From: Eledone cirrhosa
Taxonomy: Eukaryota
Assembly (NCBI GenBank): GCA_964016885.1
Contig: OZ024760.1
Location: 34,906,001 to 34,970,000 of the forward strand
Length of the DNA stretch: 64,000 bases
Reading direction: 5' to 3'
Shown here: piece after piece, positions 1 to 12,930 of the stretch
How positions within the stretch are numbered: position 1 is the first letter of the stretch
Layout: each line of letters starts with the position of its first letter
Notes under the pieces: generated by a model
The model's database searches: none
Seen by the model: the letters and a program-made list of their open reading frames with translations, nothing else
What the model was told of the DNA's origin: nothing
Translations under genes and position numbers: made by a program

Positions 1-156
1 ATGTTAATAGCAGTAAGGTAATAATGTAAACCAAAATATAGACATTTTTATGTTGACTTTTCCGTGCTAACAGGGGTTGGATGGGACTTTTGAAGGCAAT
101 GTTTTACTGCCAGATGTCCCCTTCCTAACATTAAGCCTTGTAGTTGCTTCTTACTG

Positions 157-290
157 ATATGGTGTACCTATTGTAAACCAGATACACAGGGATATGGTGT
201 ACTTATTCTAAACCAGATTCATACTAGGATATGGTGTACCTATTGTAAACCAGAATGAGGGATATGGTGTACCTTTTCTAAACCAGATAC
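157..290. repeat. Tandem repeat, ~35-bp unit x4 (gatatggtgtacctattgtaaaccagat)
   Basis: Direct inspection. Confidence 0.85.
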
Positions 291-725
291 ATACATAATA
301 TAGAATTATTTAAAACAAAAACATGAATGTTTCCCATTGAAATGTCCTTTTTTTATGTTTGAGAAAATACAAAGAGAGAGTTTATAGAGTTTAAATCATA
401 GGATTAATGATAACAGCGATGACTTGGACAGGATTATACCTGTAATTAGTCGTACCTCATCCCTTTCACTCAGGAAAAATACCTTGGAGCTAATACAACG
501 GTTGCAGATACATGCTGGATAGTAAATAAATATGAGATGCCTATATTATCATCATCATCATTTTAATTCATTTTCTCCATGTTAGCATGGGTTGGAGGGG
601 TCCTTTTCAACACAGCATCTCTCACCTCACCACATTCATAATATTTGTGTGTGTGTCTGTGTATTCAAGTTGAATGTGTTGCATGTTTTGACAATAACAT
701 TAATAAAAATTCTTTTCTTGTGCAG

Positions 726-838
726 CTGTTTTTCCATTTACAACGAGAACGATTCTTCCCAGAACCAAGAGCTCAGTTTTATGCTGCAGAAATGGCCAGT
801 GCCCTTGGATATCTTCATTCCCTTAATATTATCTACAG
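726..838 (+). CDS. SGK1: SGK-family kinase exon ([38 protein letters not shown])
   Basis: ttgtgcag acceptor and gt donor at 839. Translation closely matches the SGK alphaD-alphaE/catalytic-loop region. Upstream exons lie outside the window, so SGK1 versus PX-domain SGK3-like cannot be resolved. Confidence 0.93.
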
Positions 839-956
839 GTCAGTTAATACTATCTATAGGTCGGTTAATATTATCTAAAAGTCACTTAATATTATCTATA
901 GGTCAGTTAACATTACCTACAGGTCAGTTAATATTATCTGTAGGTCAGTTAATATT
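823..956 (+). repeat. 21-bp tandem repeat (~6.4 copies) spanning the exon end and splice donor
   Basis: Unit ttaatattatctacaggtcag; GT dinucleotides at 839, 860, 881, 902, 923 and 944. Confidence 0.9.
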
Positions 957-1129
957 CATGGCACTAGTACTACCACTTTACCGAGTGGACTGGGTGCTTC
1001 TTGTCATGGCACCAGTACTACCACTTTACAGATTCGACAAGATGCTTATTGTCATGGCACCACTATGACCATAGTAACAAAACGTTGATAATTTTTATTA
1101 TATCATAATTTCCTGATCTATTTTTACAG

Positions 1130-1166
1130 AGATCTCAAACCTGAAAATATCTTACTGGATTCTCAG
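1130..1166 (+). CDS. SGK1: SGK kinase exon, catalytic loop (R)DLKPENILLDSQ
   Basis: tttttacag acceptor and gtaaac donor; phase matches the previous exon. Confidence 0.93.
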
Positions 1167-2564
1167 GTAAACTAAATATTATTTTATATATAATCATATT
1201 TTTAAAAGAATTATGAATTTTAAATGTATGTTAGCTTCAGGTTAACAGCTTCAACCGAAGCTATTAACATAGAAAAAAAGTCTAATAAGTTTTACATAAA
1301 AGTCCTGAGAAAGAGAAGGAAAGGGACAGTGTCACCTGTTGGATGCTCTCCACTTTCTTCTCTATCTGTCTGATATGTTCAAATTGTTTGACTATTTTTT
1401 ATAGTCAAATACCTCAATTAAAGCTAATGTACATTCAAAATTATTTTATATCTTTCATGTCAGATTTCTTTCATGTATTGCATAAATATTATTTCTATTG
1501 TCATATATTTTTGTGGTTGGTTGAAATTACTTATACTACGTCTACTTCAGCAGTGTTATAAGCTGGTAGGTTTTAAAGAGAGTTACCTCCTCTGGTATTA
1601 TCTGCTTAGTCAGATGCCAGAATTTTCTTGGTATTCATCAAGTGGTAGCAAACACCAAAGTCCTTCAAAATGAATTGATAGGTGCTTGAGTGGTATGTAG
1701 TGAGTGTTTTGTTTTAAATATATTAGCCTTCACCACTGTGCATAACTGTCATCTTTTTGTTTCATTTATATTGTGGTCAAGGCAGTGAATTAGCAAAGCT
1801 GGTAGAATGTCAGATAGAATGCTTTACAGCATTCGTTCCAGCACTCAACACTTTGAGTTCAAATCCTGCCATACTTTTGAGGTTGGAAAATAAAGTTCAG
1901 AATTCTTTCTTTCTTACATTCCCTCTATCAATCTCTCAAATTCTGTTGAAGAAGGCAATTGTGTTTAGACAAGGAGAAGGATGGGCTCCACCAGGTATCA
2001 AATGCCACATAACTAATCTGTCCTTCTGGCACCATCAGGAGTTACGGGTCCATACAAATATGTATGTATGGGCCCATGTGGTCTACTTTTTTTCTTCTAA
2101 TCCTTCATACAATATTATTTGTGATGTTGTTGTCTTTTAACTACCATAGCTACTTTCATTGCATCTGGAGGAAGCAGTGTAGGTTGCATATTGTAATTAA
2201 CTGTTCCTTCAGTCATTCCAATATCATATCATCTGAGGCACTGAAATAGCCTAGTATCAACTGTTATTTCAATAAGGCAAGCTGCCAACAATGATAAAAA
2301 CCTCTTTGTCAGTGGCCCAGCTCCCCTCGAACATCTTAAATGACATAGACTGATAAATTATGGTATTTCAGTAGTTTCCTGAAAGACAAGAGTTCCCTGT
2401 TGTATTGTGCAATGGAATCTTACTTTTCTCTGGTTAATTTTTATTGATTTGTTTCTTTTGTAAATTATATTTTTTATATAAATTGTGTTTATCCTCATCA
2501 TCATTTTGCATCTGCTATTCCACGCCTACTTGGGTTGAGACTAGTTTTTTCCAGCACAACATCA

Positions 2565-2690
2565 CACCACACACAGAGGCTCCCCACCCCCACACACAGG
2601 CTCCCCCCATACACACACAGAGGCTCCCCCACACACACACAGAGGCTCCCCCCCACACACACAGAGGCTCCTCCCACACACCTACACAGA
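2565..2690. repeat. Intronic minisatellite (cacacacagaggctccccc)n
   Basis: About 5 imperfect copies. Confidence 0.8.
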
Positions 2691-2771
2691 CAGACACACG
2701 TTTACATATAGCTTTATAATGAATTCTTAAACTACGCCTTTGATGTAATGTTTCATCTCCATCTGTTTAAG

Positions 2772-2858
2772 GGTCATGTTGTTTTGACGGATTTTGGTTT
2801 ATGTAAGGAAGGAATTGAAGGTATGGGAACCACCACTACTTTCTGCGGAACTCCAGAG
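2772..2858 (+). CDS. SGK1: SGK kinase exon [29 protein letters not shown] (DFG and activation loop)
   Basis: ttaag acceptor and gtaaga donor; DFG motif and the TFCGTPE PDK1 site. Confidence 0.94.
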
Positions 2859-3183
2859 GTAAGAAATTATTATTATTATTGTTATTATGTTCACTAACAT
2901 TGTTCTAGGATCAACTTCCAAATTAGACGTCTTACAGTTCTGTAATGTCATTGTGACCTACTACTACTAGTAGTAGAAGTGTTAGTGACCAGATCACAAA
3001 CAGTGCAACAAAAATATCACCAAGAAACACATAATAAATATGAAGCCAACAGTTTGTGTCTGTCTGTCTGTATTTGTGTGTCTTTGTGTGTTTGTGTTTG
3101 TGGATGTATGTGTGTGTGTTTGTCTGTCTGTGAGTGTGTGTCTGAGTGTGTATTTCAAATGGCTAAAATGACTCTTCCACAGC

Positions 3184-4192
3184 CATCTCAGATCAAGTCA
3201 CCTGTCAGACATGTACAACACAGTCTCAGATCAAGTCACTTGCCAGACATGTACAACAGTCTCAGATCAACTCACCTACCAGACATGTACAACACAGTCT
3301 CAGATCAAGTCACTTGCCAGACAAGTACAGCACAGTCTCAGATCAAGTCACCTACCACACATGTACACACAGTCTCAGATCAAGTCACTTGCCAGACATG
3401 TACAACACAGTCTCAGATCAAGTCACTTGCCAGACAAGTACAGCACAGTCTCAGATCAAGTCACCTACCACACATGTACACACAGTCTCAGATCAAGTCA
3501 CTTGCCAGACATGTACAACACAGTCTTAAATCAAGTCACTTGCCAGACATGTACAACAGTCTCAGATCAAGTCACCGACCAGGCATGTACAACGCAGTCT
3601 CAGATCAAGTCACCTACCAGACATGTACAACACAGTCTCAGATCAAGTCACTTGCCAGACATGTACAAAACAGTCTCAGATCAAGTCACTTACCAGACAT
3701 GTACAACACAGTCTCAGATCAAGTCACCTACCAGACATGTACAACACAGTCTCAGATCAAGTCACCTACCAGACATGTACAACACAGTCTCAGATCAAGT
3801 CACTTGCCAGACATGTACAAAACAGTCTCAGATCAAGTCACCTGCTAGACATGTACAACACAGTCTCAGATCAAGTCACATGCTAGACATGTACAACAGT
3901 CTAAAATCAAGTCACTTGCCAGACATGTACAACACAGTCTAAAATCAAGTCACCTGCCAGACATGTACAACACAGTCTCAGATCAAGTCACTTGCCAGAC
4001 ATGTACAACACAGTCTCAGATCAAGTCACTTGCCAGACATGTACAACACAGTCTCAGATCAAGTCACCTGCCAGACATGTACATCACAGTCTCAGATCAA
4101 GTCACCTGCCTGACATGTACAACACAGTCTCAGATCAAGTCACTTGGCAGACATGTACAACACAGTCTAAAATCAAGTCACTTGCCAGACAA
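3184..4192. repeat. Intronic minisatellite, ~38-bp unit (cagtctcagatcaagtcacttgccagacatgtacaaca), ~26 copies
   Basis: Direct inspection; it explains the repetitive ORFs at 2979-4366. Confidence 0.95.
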
Positions 4193-4255
4193 ATAAATCT
4201 TCCAAACTCCTTGCTTATGTTACCTGTTTCCTTAGTGTCTTTTACTCTATTTCAG

Positions 4256-4351
4256 TACCTTGCCCCTGAAGTATTACGGAAACAGCCATATGACAGAACT
4301 GTTGACTGGTGGTGTTTAGGAGCTGTCCTCTATGAAATGTTGTTTGGATTG
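4256..4351 (+). CDS. SGK1: SGK kinase exon [32 protein letters not shown]
   Basis: tttcag acceptor and gtaaat donor; APE motif and the SGK-typical [21 protein letters not shown]. Confidence 0.95.
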
Positions 4352-5168
4352 GTAAATAACAACTGAAATTTTATATTTTTCTACTTCACAAATGGAATTC
4401 TCTATCATCACTACCACCATTGTAGACAGAGTTGGTGACCCCATGGTAGGCCAGGAGCCTACACCCTTCCAAGTTTTCAGAGGGACCAGTGGCCCACAAC
4501 TTACATATAATCCCACACACTGAGTACATTTTATTGACACCAGCACTAGGGAAGTTTCCATGTCATTAATATAGCTAAACACATTTCCAAACCCTTTGTT
4601 TGGCGTGTTTTCTATGGCTGGATGCCCTTCTTATTACCAACCACCCTCTACAGATGTCCAGGGTGTATTTATCATATAAATCATCTACTCTTGAGTGTTT
4701 AGCCTAAGATTTCTCTAGACTCTGTTATATGAGAAACATTTGGAAAGTTTGCTACAGAAATATTTTTGGATCTTGTGTTAATGAAGACTTTTGACTTTGT
4801 GTTATGTTTTTTCTTTTTCTGATTAACCTTTCTGATAACAATCATTATATCATATTTATATGTAAGAACCTTTGTTAAGTTATGTTCCAAACACCAGCTT
4901 AATAGTGAGAGATTCTTGAAAATCATTAGCAGCATCATTCATTAGAAATATGGTAGCAAAAAAGTTAAAGTGTTTATATTTACCTAAAAACACCATTTAG
5001 AATTCATACTCCAAATACTAGCTTATTAATGTTGAAGTTACTAAGATTACTAAATCTATCAAAATTATTGATTATTTTCAAAATGATTTGAATATTTTAG
5101 GCAATATCTTTAATTAGAAACATGGTAACAAAAGGATTAATTCATTTTTGTTGCTTTCACCTTTGCAG

Positions 5169-5276
5169 CCCCCATTCTATAGCCGTGACACAGCAGAGCT
5201 GTATGATAATATACTCCATCAACCACTGCGGATACGTAACAATATTTCTCATGCTGCCAGATCCATATTAGAAGGA
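5169..5276 (+). CDS. SGK1: SGK kinase exon PPFYSRDTAELYDNILHQPLRIRNNISHAARSILEG
   Basis: ttgcag acceptor and gtaagt donor; in frame. Confidence 0.94.
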
Positions 5277-5516
5277 GTAAGTTTTAAAAATTTGTATTGT
5301 TTATCTCTAAAATAAAAGATTAACTAAAATGTGCCTTTGTCTGCATTTTCTTTCCATCCCTAAAAGTAATTAATTCAATTTCTTCAACTATTATCTTTAC
5401 TGATTCACTGTTATTTTCTACATTAGGCACTCTCAAATTTTCCAATTTTGAACACTATATTCTCAAATTTACCATCATCATCACCGTTCTAATATCCTCT
5501 TATTAAATCTTTTCAG

Positions 5517-5654
5517 CTACTTCAAAAAGAAAAAGAAAACAGGCTTGGAGCCAAAAAAGATTTTCAGGAAATCAAAAACCAACATTTTTTTGCTGATATT
5601 AAATGGAATGACTTATACTCAAAATGTGTCGACCCACCTTATAACCCAAATGTG
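5517..5654 (+). CDS. SGK1: SGK kinase exon LLQKEKENRLGAKKDFQEIKNQHFFADIKWNDLYSKCVDPPYNPNV
   Basis: tttcag acceptor and gtaagt donor; end of the kinase domain and start of the AGC tail. Confidence 0.94.
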
Positions 5655-6181
5655 GTAAGTCTGTTGTTGTAAATAAATGGTTGATCTTACAAATACTTTG
5701 TTTTCATTGTCACAATTTTATGCTAAACAAAAAGGAAAGGCACCAGTCATTAGATCAGACCAAGGGAACGATGTTTCCATTGATGATACTATCTGCTAGT
5801 CGCAACTCCTGGCAGAATAAAAGAAAGGAGCTGATTGTCAAATGAAACCAAGGAAACTATGTTTCCATTGGTCTTTTCATTGCTGATACTATCTGCTGTT
5901 CATCAAATCAAACCAAAGAAACTAACAAAATAAATTGATGTGTGATTTGGTATTTTATATATTAAGATGTTAAGTTGAAGCAATTTTTATATATTCAGAT
6001 GTTTAGTGGGATAAATTTTGCCAAACTTTAGAAAAAGTAAATCGTATTTATAGGGAAAAGAGTATGGTGTTCATTATTTTATTGTATTTGTTCTCATATA
6101 CAAAAAAACTTATATCATCTGCTTTAATACATAAAATTAATTAATACAATAAAATTAATTAATATATTGATGTTATTTTAG

Positions 6182-6239
6182 AGTGGTCAGTTGGATTTGA
6201 AGAATTTTGACCCAGAATTTGTAAAAGAACCAATACCAG
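6182..6239 (+). CDS. SGK1: SGK kinase exon SGQLDLKNFDPEFVKEPIP(G)
   Basis: ttttag acceptor and gtgagt donor; NFDPEF motif of the AGC C-terminal tail. Confidence 0.93.
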
Positions 6240-6300
6240 GTGAGTTATAAGCCTTCAAAAGTTTATCCAATAAGAAAAGATGACCTTGTACAATATATTA

Positions 6301-6552
6301 CCATATATACTCGTATATAACCTGAGAAATATGTGAAAAAATATTTGATGGTAAAATAGGGTTCGGCTTATATTTGAGGTCAATATTTTTAATATCAAAA
6401 TATTAAAACTTCATAAATATATTCTCCATTCATGAGAATTTCATAACTACATCATCTAAACATGTTGATTAGCTGCCTCGGCTTATACATAGGGTTTAGA
6501 TTTTTGGCCATTTCTCAGACATAAAATAGAGTTTATATTCGAGTATACATGG
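6301..6552. mobile_element. MITE with ~20-bp terminal inverted repeats (Tc1/mariner-pogo type)
   Basis: ccatatatactcgtatataa ... ttatattcgagtatacatgg (18/20 inverted match), TA on the left flank, internal tcggcttata repeats. Confidence 0.6.
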
Positions 6553-7760
6553 CGCTCACTGAATCCCTGGTTTATCCATGAAGAAAAAATGACCTCGTTT
6601 TGCATATTACTCAACCCTGCTGCTTCTTTTGTTTTTGTTTTTTTTGTCATCCTCTATTTGAGAGTTGACAATATCATAAAATCTCTCAAACATGAGCTAG
6701 AAAAGAGACCTTTATATGGTCACACTAGATATGTTTCATATTTTTTTTCTTTATGAATATTAACACCCCCAACCCACAACCAAATGACTGAAGACAGAAT
6801 AGGACACAAGGAAAAAAAACATAGGAAGACACAAATAGTGCAATATACAACCCCCCTCATACACACACACATAGACACACATATATACACACACATAGGC
6901 ACAAATACAAACACATGTGCAGGCAAGAAAACATAATACAGAAAGACTTTAAAGAATAATTCAACAACATGGTGATATCATAACAAATTGACATATTCCA
7001 ATTTGATGATATCATAATAACAAATTGACATATTTCAATTTGATTTTAAATGCCGGCATTTTAAGTGCAAGCCTGTCAACATGTTACGTAAAGTTTTGGT
7101 CACCATAGTAACTATCTATCTGTCTTTCACCCAATCTCTCTCACGCACTGTATTTTTCACTCAACAACAACTTTTTACACCTCCCCTTTTCCCTGCTTCT
7201 ACATATATGTGTGACGAACAGACAAACATCAAATATACTTATTCTGTAGGATATGAAACAAAGTATTTTAAATAAATATTATTGTTCGATAGTATTGAAA
7301 TTGTTATTAATCTTCACTGAGAAAGTCATTTTAACCCTTTAGTGTTCAAACCGGCCAGAATTCTCTACCTCTTTCTGTTGAAACTGGCTGTAACTGGTTG
7401 CTCAAACTGATGTTAAGGTATTGTTCTCAAAATAAATACTTTCAAAATCTCATAGATTCGATGTTATGTGAGATAATTATGTGAGGTAAAGCTTTTACCA
7501 TGAAAATATAATAGTATATATAGAGTAATGTTAAACATTATTTGAACAGTTTATGAAGGTACATACATGATTAACAAATATTTTTACCTTCAGATAACAA
7601 CCCTAGTGATGGGTAATGACCCTAGTGAATGACCTAGTAACTAATAACAAAGCTAGAGTGAAAGTCAAATAATTTGTTTCAACACATGATTTAATATCAA
7701 ATTTCTTGCAAAACAAATGCATAAACATGTGTGTGTGTGTATATTTATACACACAATGTG

Positions 7761-8066
7761 AAGGTGCATGGCTTAGTTAAAGCATTGTGCTTGCAATCGA
7801 GAGGTTGTGAGTTTGATTCTCAGACCAGGTGATGTGTTGCGTCCTTGAGCAAGACATTTTATTTCACATTGCTTTAGTTTACTCAGCTGTAGAAATGAGT
7901 TCCAACGTCACTGGTGCCAAGTTGTATCAGACGTTGCATTTCCCTTGGACAACATCAGTGGCATGGAGAGAGGAGGCTGGTATGTATGGGTGACTGCTGG
8001 TTTTCCACAAACAACTTTTCCCGGATATGTGCCTCGGAGGGGAACTTTCATGACTGACGAGGGTTT
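7761..8066 (+). mobile_element. tRNA-derived SINE, diverged, in the last SGK intron
   Basis: Head tgcatggcttagtt...gagtttgattctcagacc is homologous to the SINE at 35940. Confidence 0.75.
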
Positions 8067-8106
8067 ATATACATATAACTAATAATTTTCCATTTTATTT
8101 CTGTAG

Positions 8107-8222
8107 GCTCTGTAGGCAAGTCAGCTGAAGGCAACAAGTTGATTAGTGCCAGTGTCCGAGAAGCAGATGGCGTGTTTGAAGGTTTCTCCTATGTTCCCCC
8201 TTCTGAGGATGCATTCAACTAA
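8107..8222 (+). CDS. SGK1: SGK terminal coding exon (G)SVGKSAEGNKLISASVREADGVFEGFSYVPPSEDAFN*
   Basis: ttctgtag acceptor; hydrophobic motif FEGFSY (mTORC2 site); TAA at 8220-8222. Confidence 0.93.
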
Positions 8223-8429
8223 GGCCAGCTGGAGCAGTGTCATGGCAACAACTGGAAACTGAAATATTCATCTGCTTCATTGAAAGAGTAAAGAAAGAAT
8301 TTAAAAAAAAACGCACACACACACACACACACACAAAAAAGCATGTACACGCACACAAAAGTGCACACACACACAAACAGAAACAAAAACAAAAAAACAA
8401 CCGATCTAATTGTTATGGCAATATATGTG

Positions 8430-9352
8430 TATGAGTGGACACTGTATTATGTGTGTATGTGTGACGACCCTGTGCTGTGTGTGTATGTGTGTGACTGGAC
8501 ACTGTATGTGTGTGACTGGACCCTGTGCTGTGTGTGTGTGACTGGACATTGTGCTGTGTGTGTGTATGTGTGTGACTGGACACTGTGCTGTGTGTGTGTG
8601 ACTGGACATTGTGCTGTGTGTGTGACTGGACACTGTGCTGTGTGTGTGTTTGTGTGTGACTGGACAGTGTGCTGTGTGTGTGTGATCGTGTGTGACTGGA
8701 TACTATGTACTGTATATGTATGTGTGACTGGACACTATGTACTGTGTGTGTGTGTGTGACTGGACACTATGTACTGTGTGTGTGTGTGTGACTGGACACT
8801 ATGTACTGTATGTGTGTGTGTGACTGGACATTATGTACTGTATGTGTGTGTGTGACTGGACATTATGTACTGTATGTGTGTGTGACTGGACACTGTACTG
8901 TATGTGTGTGTGTGACTGGGCACTATGTACTGTATGTATGTGTGACTGGACACTATGTACTGTATGTGTTTGTGTGTGTGACTGGACACTATGTACTGTA
9001 TGTGTGTGCGACTGGACACTGTACTGTATGTGTGTGTGTGTGTGACTGGACACTATGTACTGTATGTGTGTGTGTGACTGGACACTATGTACTGTATGTG
9101 TGTGTGACTGGACACTATGTACTGTATGTGTGTGTGACTGGACACTATGTACTGTATGTGTGTGTGTGACTGGACATTATTTACTGTATGTGTGTGTGAC
9201 TGGACATTATTTACTGTATGTGTGTGTGACTGGACATTATGTACTGTATGTGTGTGTGACTGGACACTGTGTACTGTATGTGTGTGTGTGATTGGACACT
9301 GTACTGTATGTGTGTGTGTGACTGGACACTGTGTACTGTATGTGTGTGTGAC
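8430..9352 (+). repeat. 3' UTR compound minisatellite (gactggacactatgtactgtat(gt)n), ~30 copies
   Basis: Direct inspection. Confidence 0.95.
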
Positions 9353-10422
9353 AAGTATGTAGAGGTCGATTTGTAACATCTAACAACTATATTCACACAA
9401 TCACGCACACACAGACACACACATTGTAAGAAAGCTGACCAACTGCTCTTTATATGATGGCTCATGTGCACATACACATACATTTAAATGTGCATACACA
9501 TTTCAGAAGTATAGCATGGAATGGGGTGAGGTGATGGGTAGCTGAGGGGCAAGAACAGACCTGAAGGTGGGGGACAGCCACCATCGAGTTCAGATATGAA
9601 TAGGGTGGGTGACACAAAAGCTTCTCTCTGGCCTATCATCGTTCCTGTTAAAATTAAGGTGGTGCAGCACCAAAAGTATCTTTGTAACCCTTGCCATGTA
9701 TCCCACCGGTTGAGGTGGGAGGGTCTAGAACTTCCCCTACCCCACCCTTCCTCGCTCATTATGCTATGCCCCTGCTTACATACACTTCATGCTTCATTCC
9801 AATCAGCTCCAAATTACTCTTTAATGACTAATTAATTCCATTAGAATGAATGGAAAATAAGTTTGTTTTTTTTATATGAAAATGTGATGCATGGGAACAA
9901 AACATGAAGTCGACATCTCAGTGATTTTTTTTTTTTTTTTTTTTTTTTTCTTCTTCAAAAGAGCTCCAGAACTATACTGCAGGGTACACTGTGTCACAGC
10001 AGTATATTACATTTTGGCTGTGGTTGTGAAATTTCCAAAGTTTTTAAAGAAATTTTTTGTTATTTGTTACCTCCCCTAATTACACCCCCCCCCTCTCGTT
10101 TTCTATTACATTTGCTATGACCATGTTTGTATGTATATATGTATGTATGTCTGTGTTAGTACATTATAAGCATGCACACATGCATAGACAAGGAGTGTGT
10201 TGTGTGTGGGTGAAATATTAATTATACATATAATGCACAAAATAGCCTGCCAGAAAGTGGCTGATGAGGTGAAGATACAGTTGTCAGTTCATCATATGTA
10301 ACTGTTTTTCTCTGTGCATATTCTGCCAGTATATATATATGTATATATGTTTGTATATCTATCTATGTATATATATTTATGTATATATGTATATATATAT
10401 TTATACATATATGTATATATGA

Positions 10423-10428
10423 AATAAA
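10423..10428 (+). promoter_or_regulatory. Candidate poly(A) signal of SGK
   Basis: AATAAA about 2.2 kb after the stop codon, just before unique sequence gives way to repeats. No transcript evidence. Confidence 0.4.
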
Positions 10429-10583
10429 CTGCTATTTAACTGCTCTGTAAAACAACTGATGTTCATACAGTGAGCTATTTCTCTTACTGGTAATAAGGTA
10501 ATTAAGAAATTACTGACCTTCCTGTTTGTGGTTGTATATACTATATACATAACTATAAATAGTATTATTATTATGTATATAAA

Positions 10584-10778
10584 GGGCGGTGGATTGGCAG
10601 TATCGGAAGAGGGTCGGATGCAATGCTTTCCAGCATAGTTACGTCTCTTTACGATCTGAGTTCAAATCCCGCCGAGGTTGACTTTGCCTTTCATCCTTAC
10701 GGGGTCGATAAAATAAAGTACCAGTAATGCACTGGGTTTTGCTGGCCTTGTGCCTAAAGTAGAAATAATTATTATTAT
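10584..10778 (+). mobile_element. SINE, second family, with (ATT)n tail
   Basis: A-box-like tggcagtatcgg, B-box gagttcaaatcc and an attattatt tail. A related fragment lies at ~1780-1870. Confidence 0.7.
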
Positions 10779-10965
10779 GTATATATATATGTATATATAT
10801 TTATATATATATATGTATGTATATGTGTATATATATTTATATATATATATATATATGTGTGTGTGTATATATATATGTATATATATGTATGTATAAATGT
10901 ATATATATATGTGTGAGTATATATATATGTATGTATATATATAAATATGTATATATATATGTATG

Positions 10966-11005
<40 letters not shown>

Positions 11006-11055
11006 TATGTATATATATATATGTATGTATATATATGTATATATATGTATATATG

Positions 11056-11087
<32 letters not shown>

Positions 11088-11272
11088 TATATGTGTATAT
11101 ATATATGTATATATATGTATGTATGTATATATATGTATGTATATGTATGTATGTATATATATGTATGTATGTATGTATATGTATGTATATATATGTATGT
11201 ATGTATATGTATATATGTATATATATATGTATATGTATATATATATATATGTATATGTATATGTATATATAT

Positions 11273-11547
11273 AAGCTTCACAGCACAGGCATTGCTTTAT
11301 ATCTGGAGATCTCTCTGCACTTGTCATCACATGGTACCATGGGCCCTGCACTATGTGTCAATAATGGTCACAAGTGTAGTCTTTGTACCAGAGTTTTCAA
11401 ATAATGGTCACAAGTGTAGTCTTTGTACCAGAGTTTTCAAGTCGCTGGCTGGACTAAAAAGTCACATTCGTTCAGCGCATCGGTAGGGGTTCTCCTACAT
11501 GGATATAAAGTAGTGGCCGTACTCGAAAACGAGTTGGCAGCCACCAT
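11273..11547 (+). mobile_element. LINE 3' end encoding a terminal C2H2 finger ([23 protein letters not shown])
   Basis: Three copies (also 14499-14802 and 15462-15575), all ending at gcagccaccat into (AT)n. This copy has a 39-bp internal duplication. Confidence 0.7.
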
Positions 11548-11636
11548 ATATATATGTATATATATATATATGTATATATATGTATATATATGTATATATA
11601 TATATATGTATATATATGTATATGTATATGTATATG

Positions 11637-11735
<99 letters not shown>

Positions 11736-12702
11736 GTGTATATATATGTATATATATATTATGTATATATATGTATATATATATTATGTATATATATGTA
11801 TATATATATGATGTATATATATATATATGTATATATATATGATGTATATATATATATATATATGATGTATATATATATATGATGTATATATATATATGTA
11901 TATATATATGATGTATATATATATATATGTATATATATATGATGTATATATATATATATGATGTATATATATATATATGATGTATATATATATATATATG
12001 TATATATATATGATGTATATATATATGATATATATGTATATATATATGATGTATATATATATGATATATATGTATATATATATGATATATATGTATATAT
12101 ATGTATATATATATGTATATATATATGTATATATATATATGTATATATATATGTGTATATATATATGTGTGTAGATATGTATGTATATATATGTATATAT
12201 ATATGTATATATATATATATGTATATATATATATGTATATATATATGTATATATATATGTATATATATATGTATATATATATGTATATATATATGTATAT
12301 ATATATGTATATATATATGTATATATATATATATGTATATATATATGTATATATATATGTATATTTATATGTATATATGTATGTATATATGTATATATGT
12401 ATGTATATATGTATATATATATATGTATATATATATGTATATATATGTATATATATATGTATATATGTATATATATATGTTTATATATATATGTTTATAT
12501 ATATATATATGTTTCTGGATTTATCTAGCAAGATTCTTTATCTGAAAACGTGTGTTGAAACCGATATTGTTATACTTTGGGAGGGTCACGTTGCCAATAA
12601 GAAACACATGCACCAGGTGCTTTCACTCCAATTTATTATAAATTAAATTATAAATTTCCGGTTGGTTGGTTGGTTCCACAACCGGACGGTTGTTCATATA
12701 TT

Positions 12703-12745
12703 GTCAAAGTTCTTTCGTCACACATTCTGTGACCTCTTCAGTGAC
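12703..12745 (-). ncRNA. Type I hammerhead ribozyme motif (family A)
   Basis: GUCA CUGAAGA G GUCACA gaaug UGUGAC GAAA GAAC UU UGAC. Confidence 0.8.
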
Positions 12746-12930
12746 TAGGGATCCTTTTCTTTGTTTTGTGCCTCTCCTTTGTTCTGTCCTACGCCATCTT
12801 GTTTTTTGTGAGTGTTGTGTGCTTAGTTTGCACATGTGTGACATCCGGGTGTCTGTGTGTTTTTATTTGTTTATTTACATGTTACTGGTTGGTTGTTTGT
12901 TCTATGTGTGTGTGTGTTTTCATTTTGTCC

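Noticed and set aside
592-1068. 158-aa ORF with repeated LILSIGQ
   Set aside because: Off-frame reading of the SGK exon plus the 21-bp repeat.
2979-4196. Repetitive ORFs in all three frames; superficially CRISPR-like periodicity
   Set aside because: A head-to-tail 38-bp minisatellite with no unique spacers, inside an SGK intron of a eukaryote.
7331-7460. TTAA-CCCTT start resembling a piggyBac-type terminus
   Set aside because: No matching opposite terminus could be located confidently.
8343-9483. Cys-rich ORFs resembling metallothionein or keratin-associated proteins
   Set aside because: Products of the (GT)n compound repeat downstream of the SGK stop codon.
11360-11486. C2H2 zinc finger as a host transcription-factor exon
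   Set aside because: A single finger in three dispersed, 5'-truncated copies with the same 3' end running into (AT)n; fits a LINE C-terminus better.
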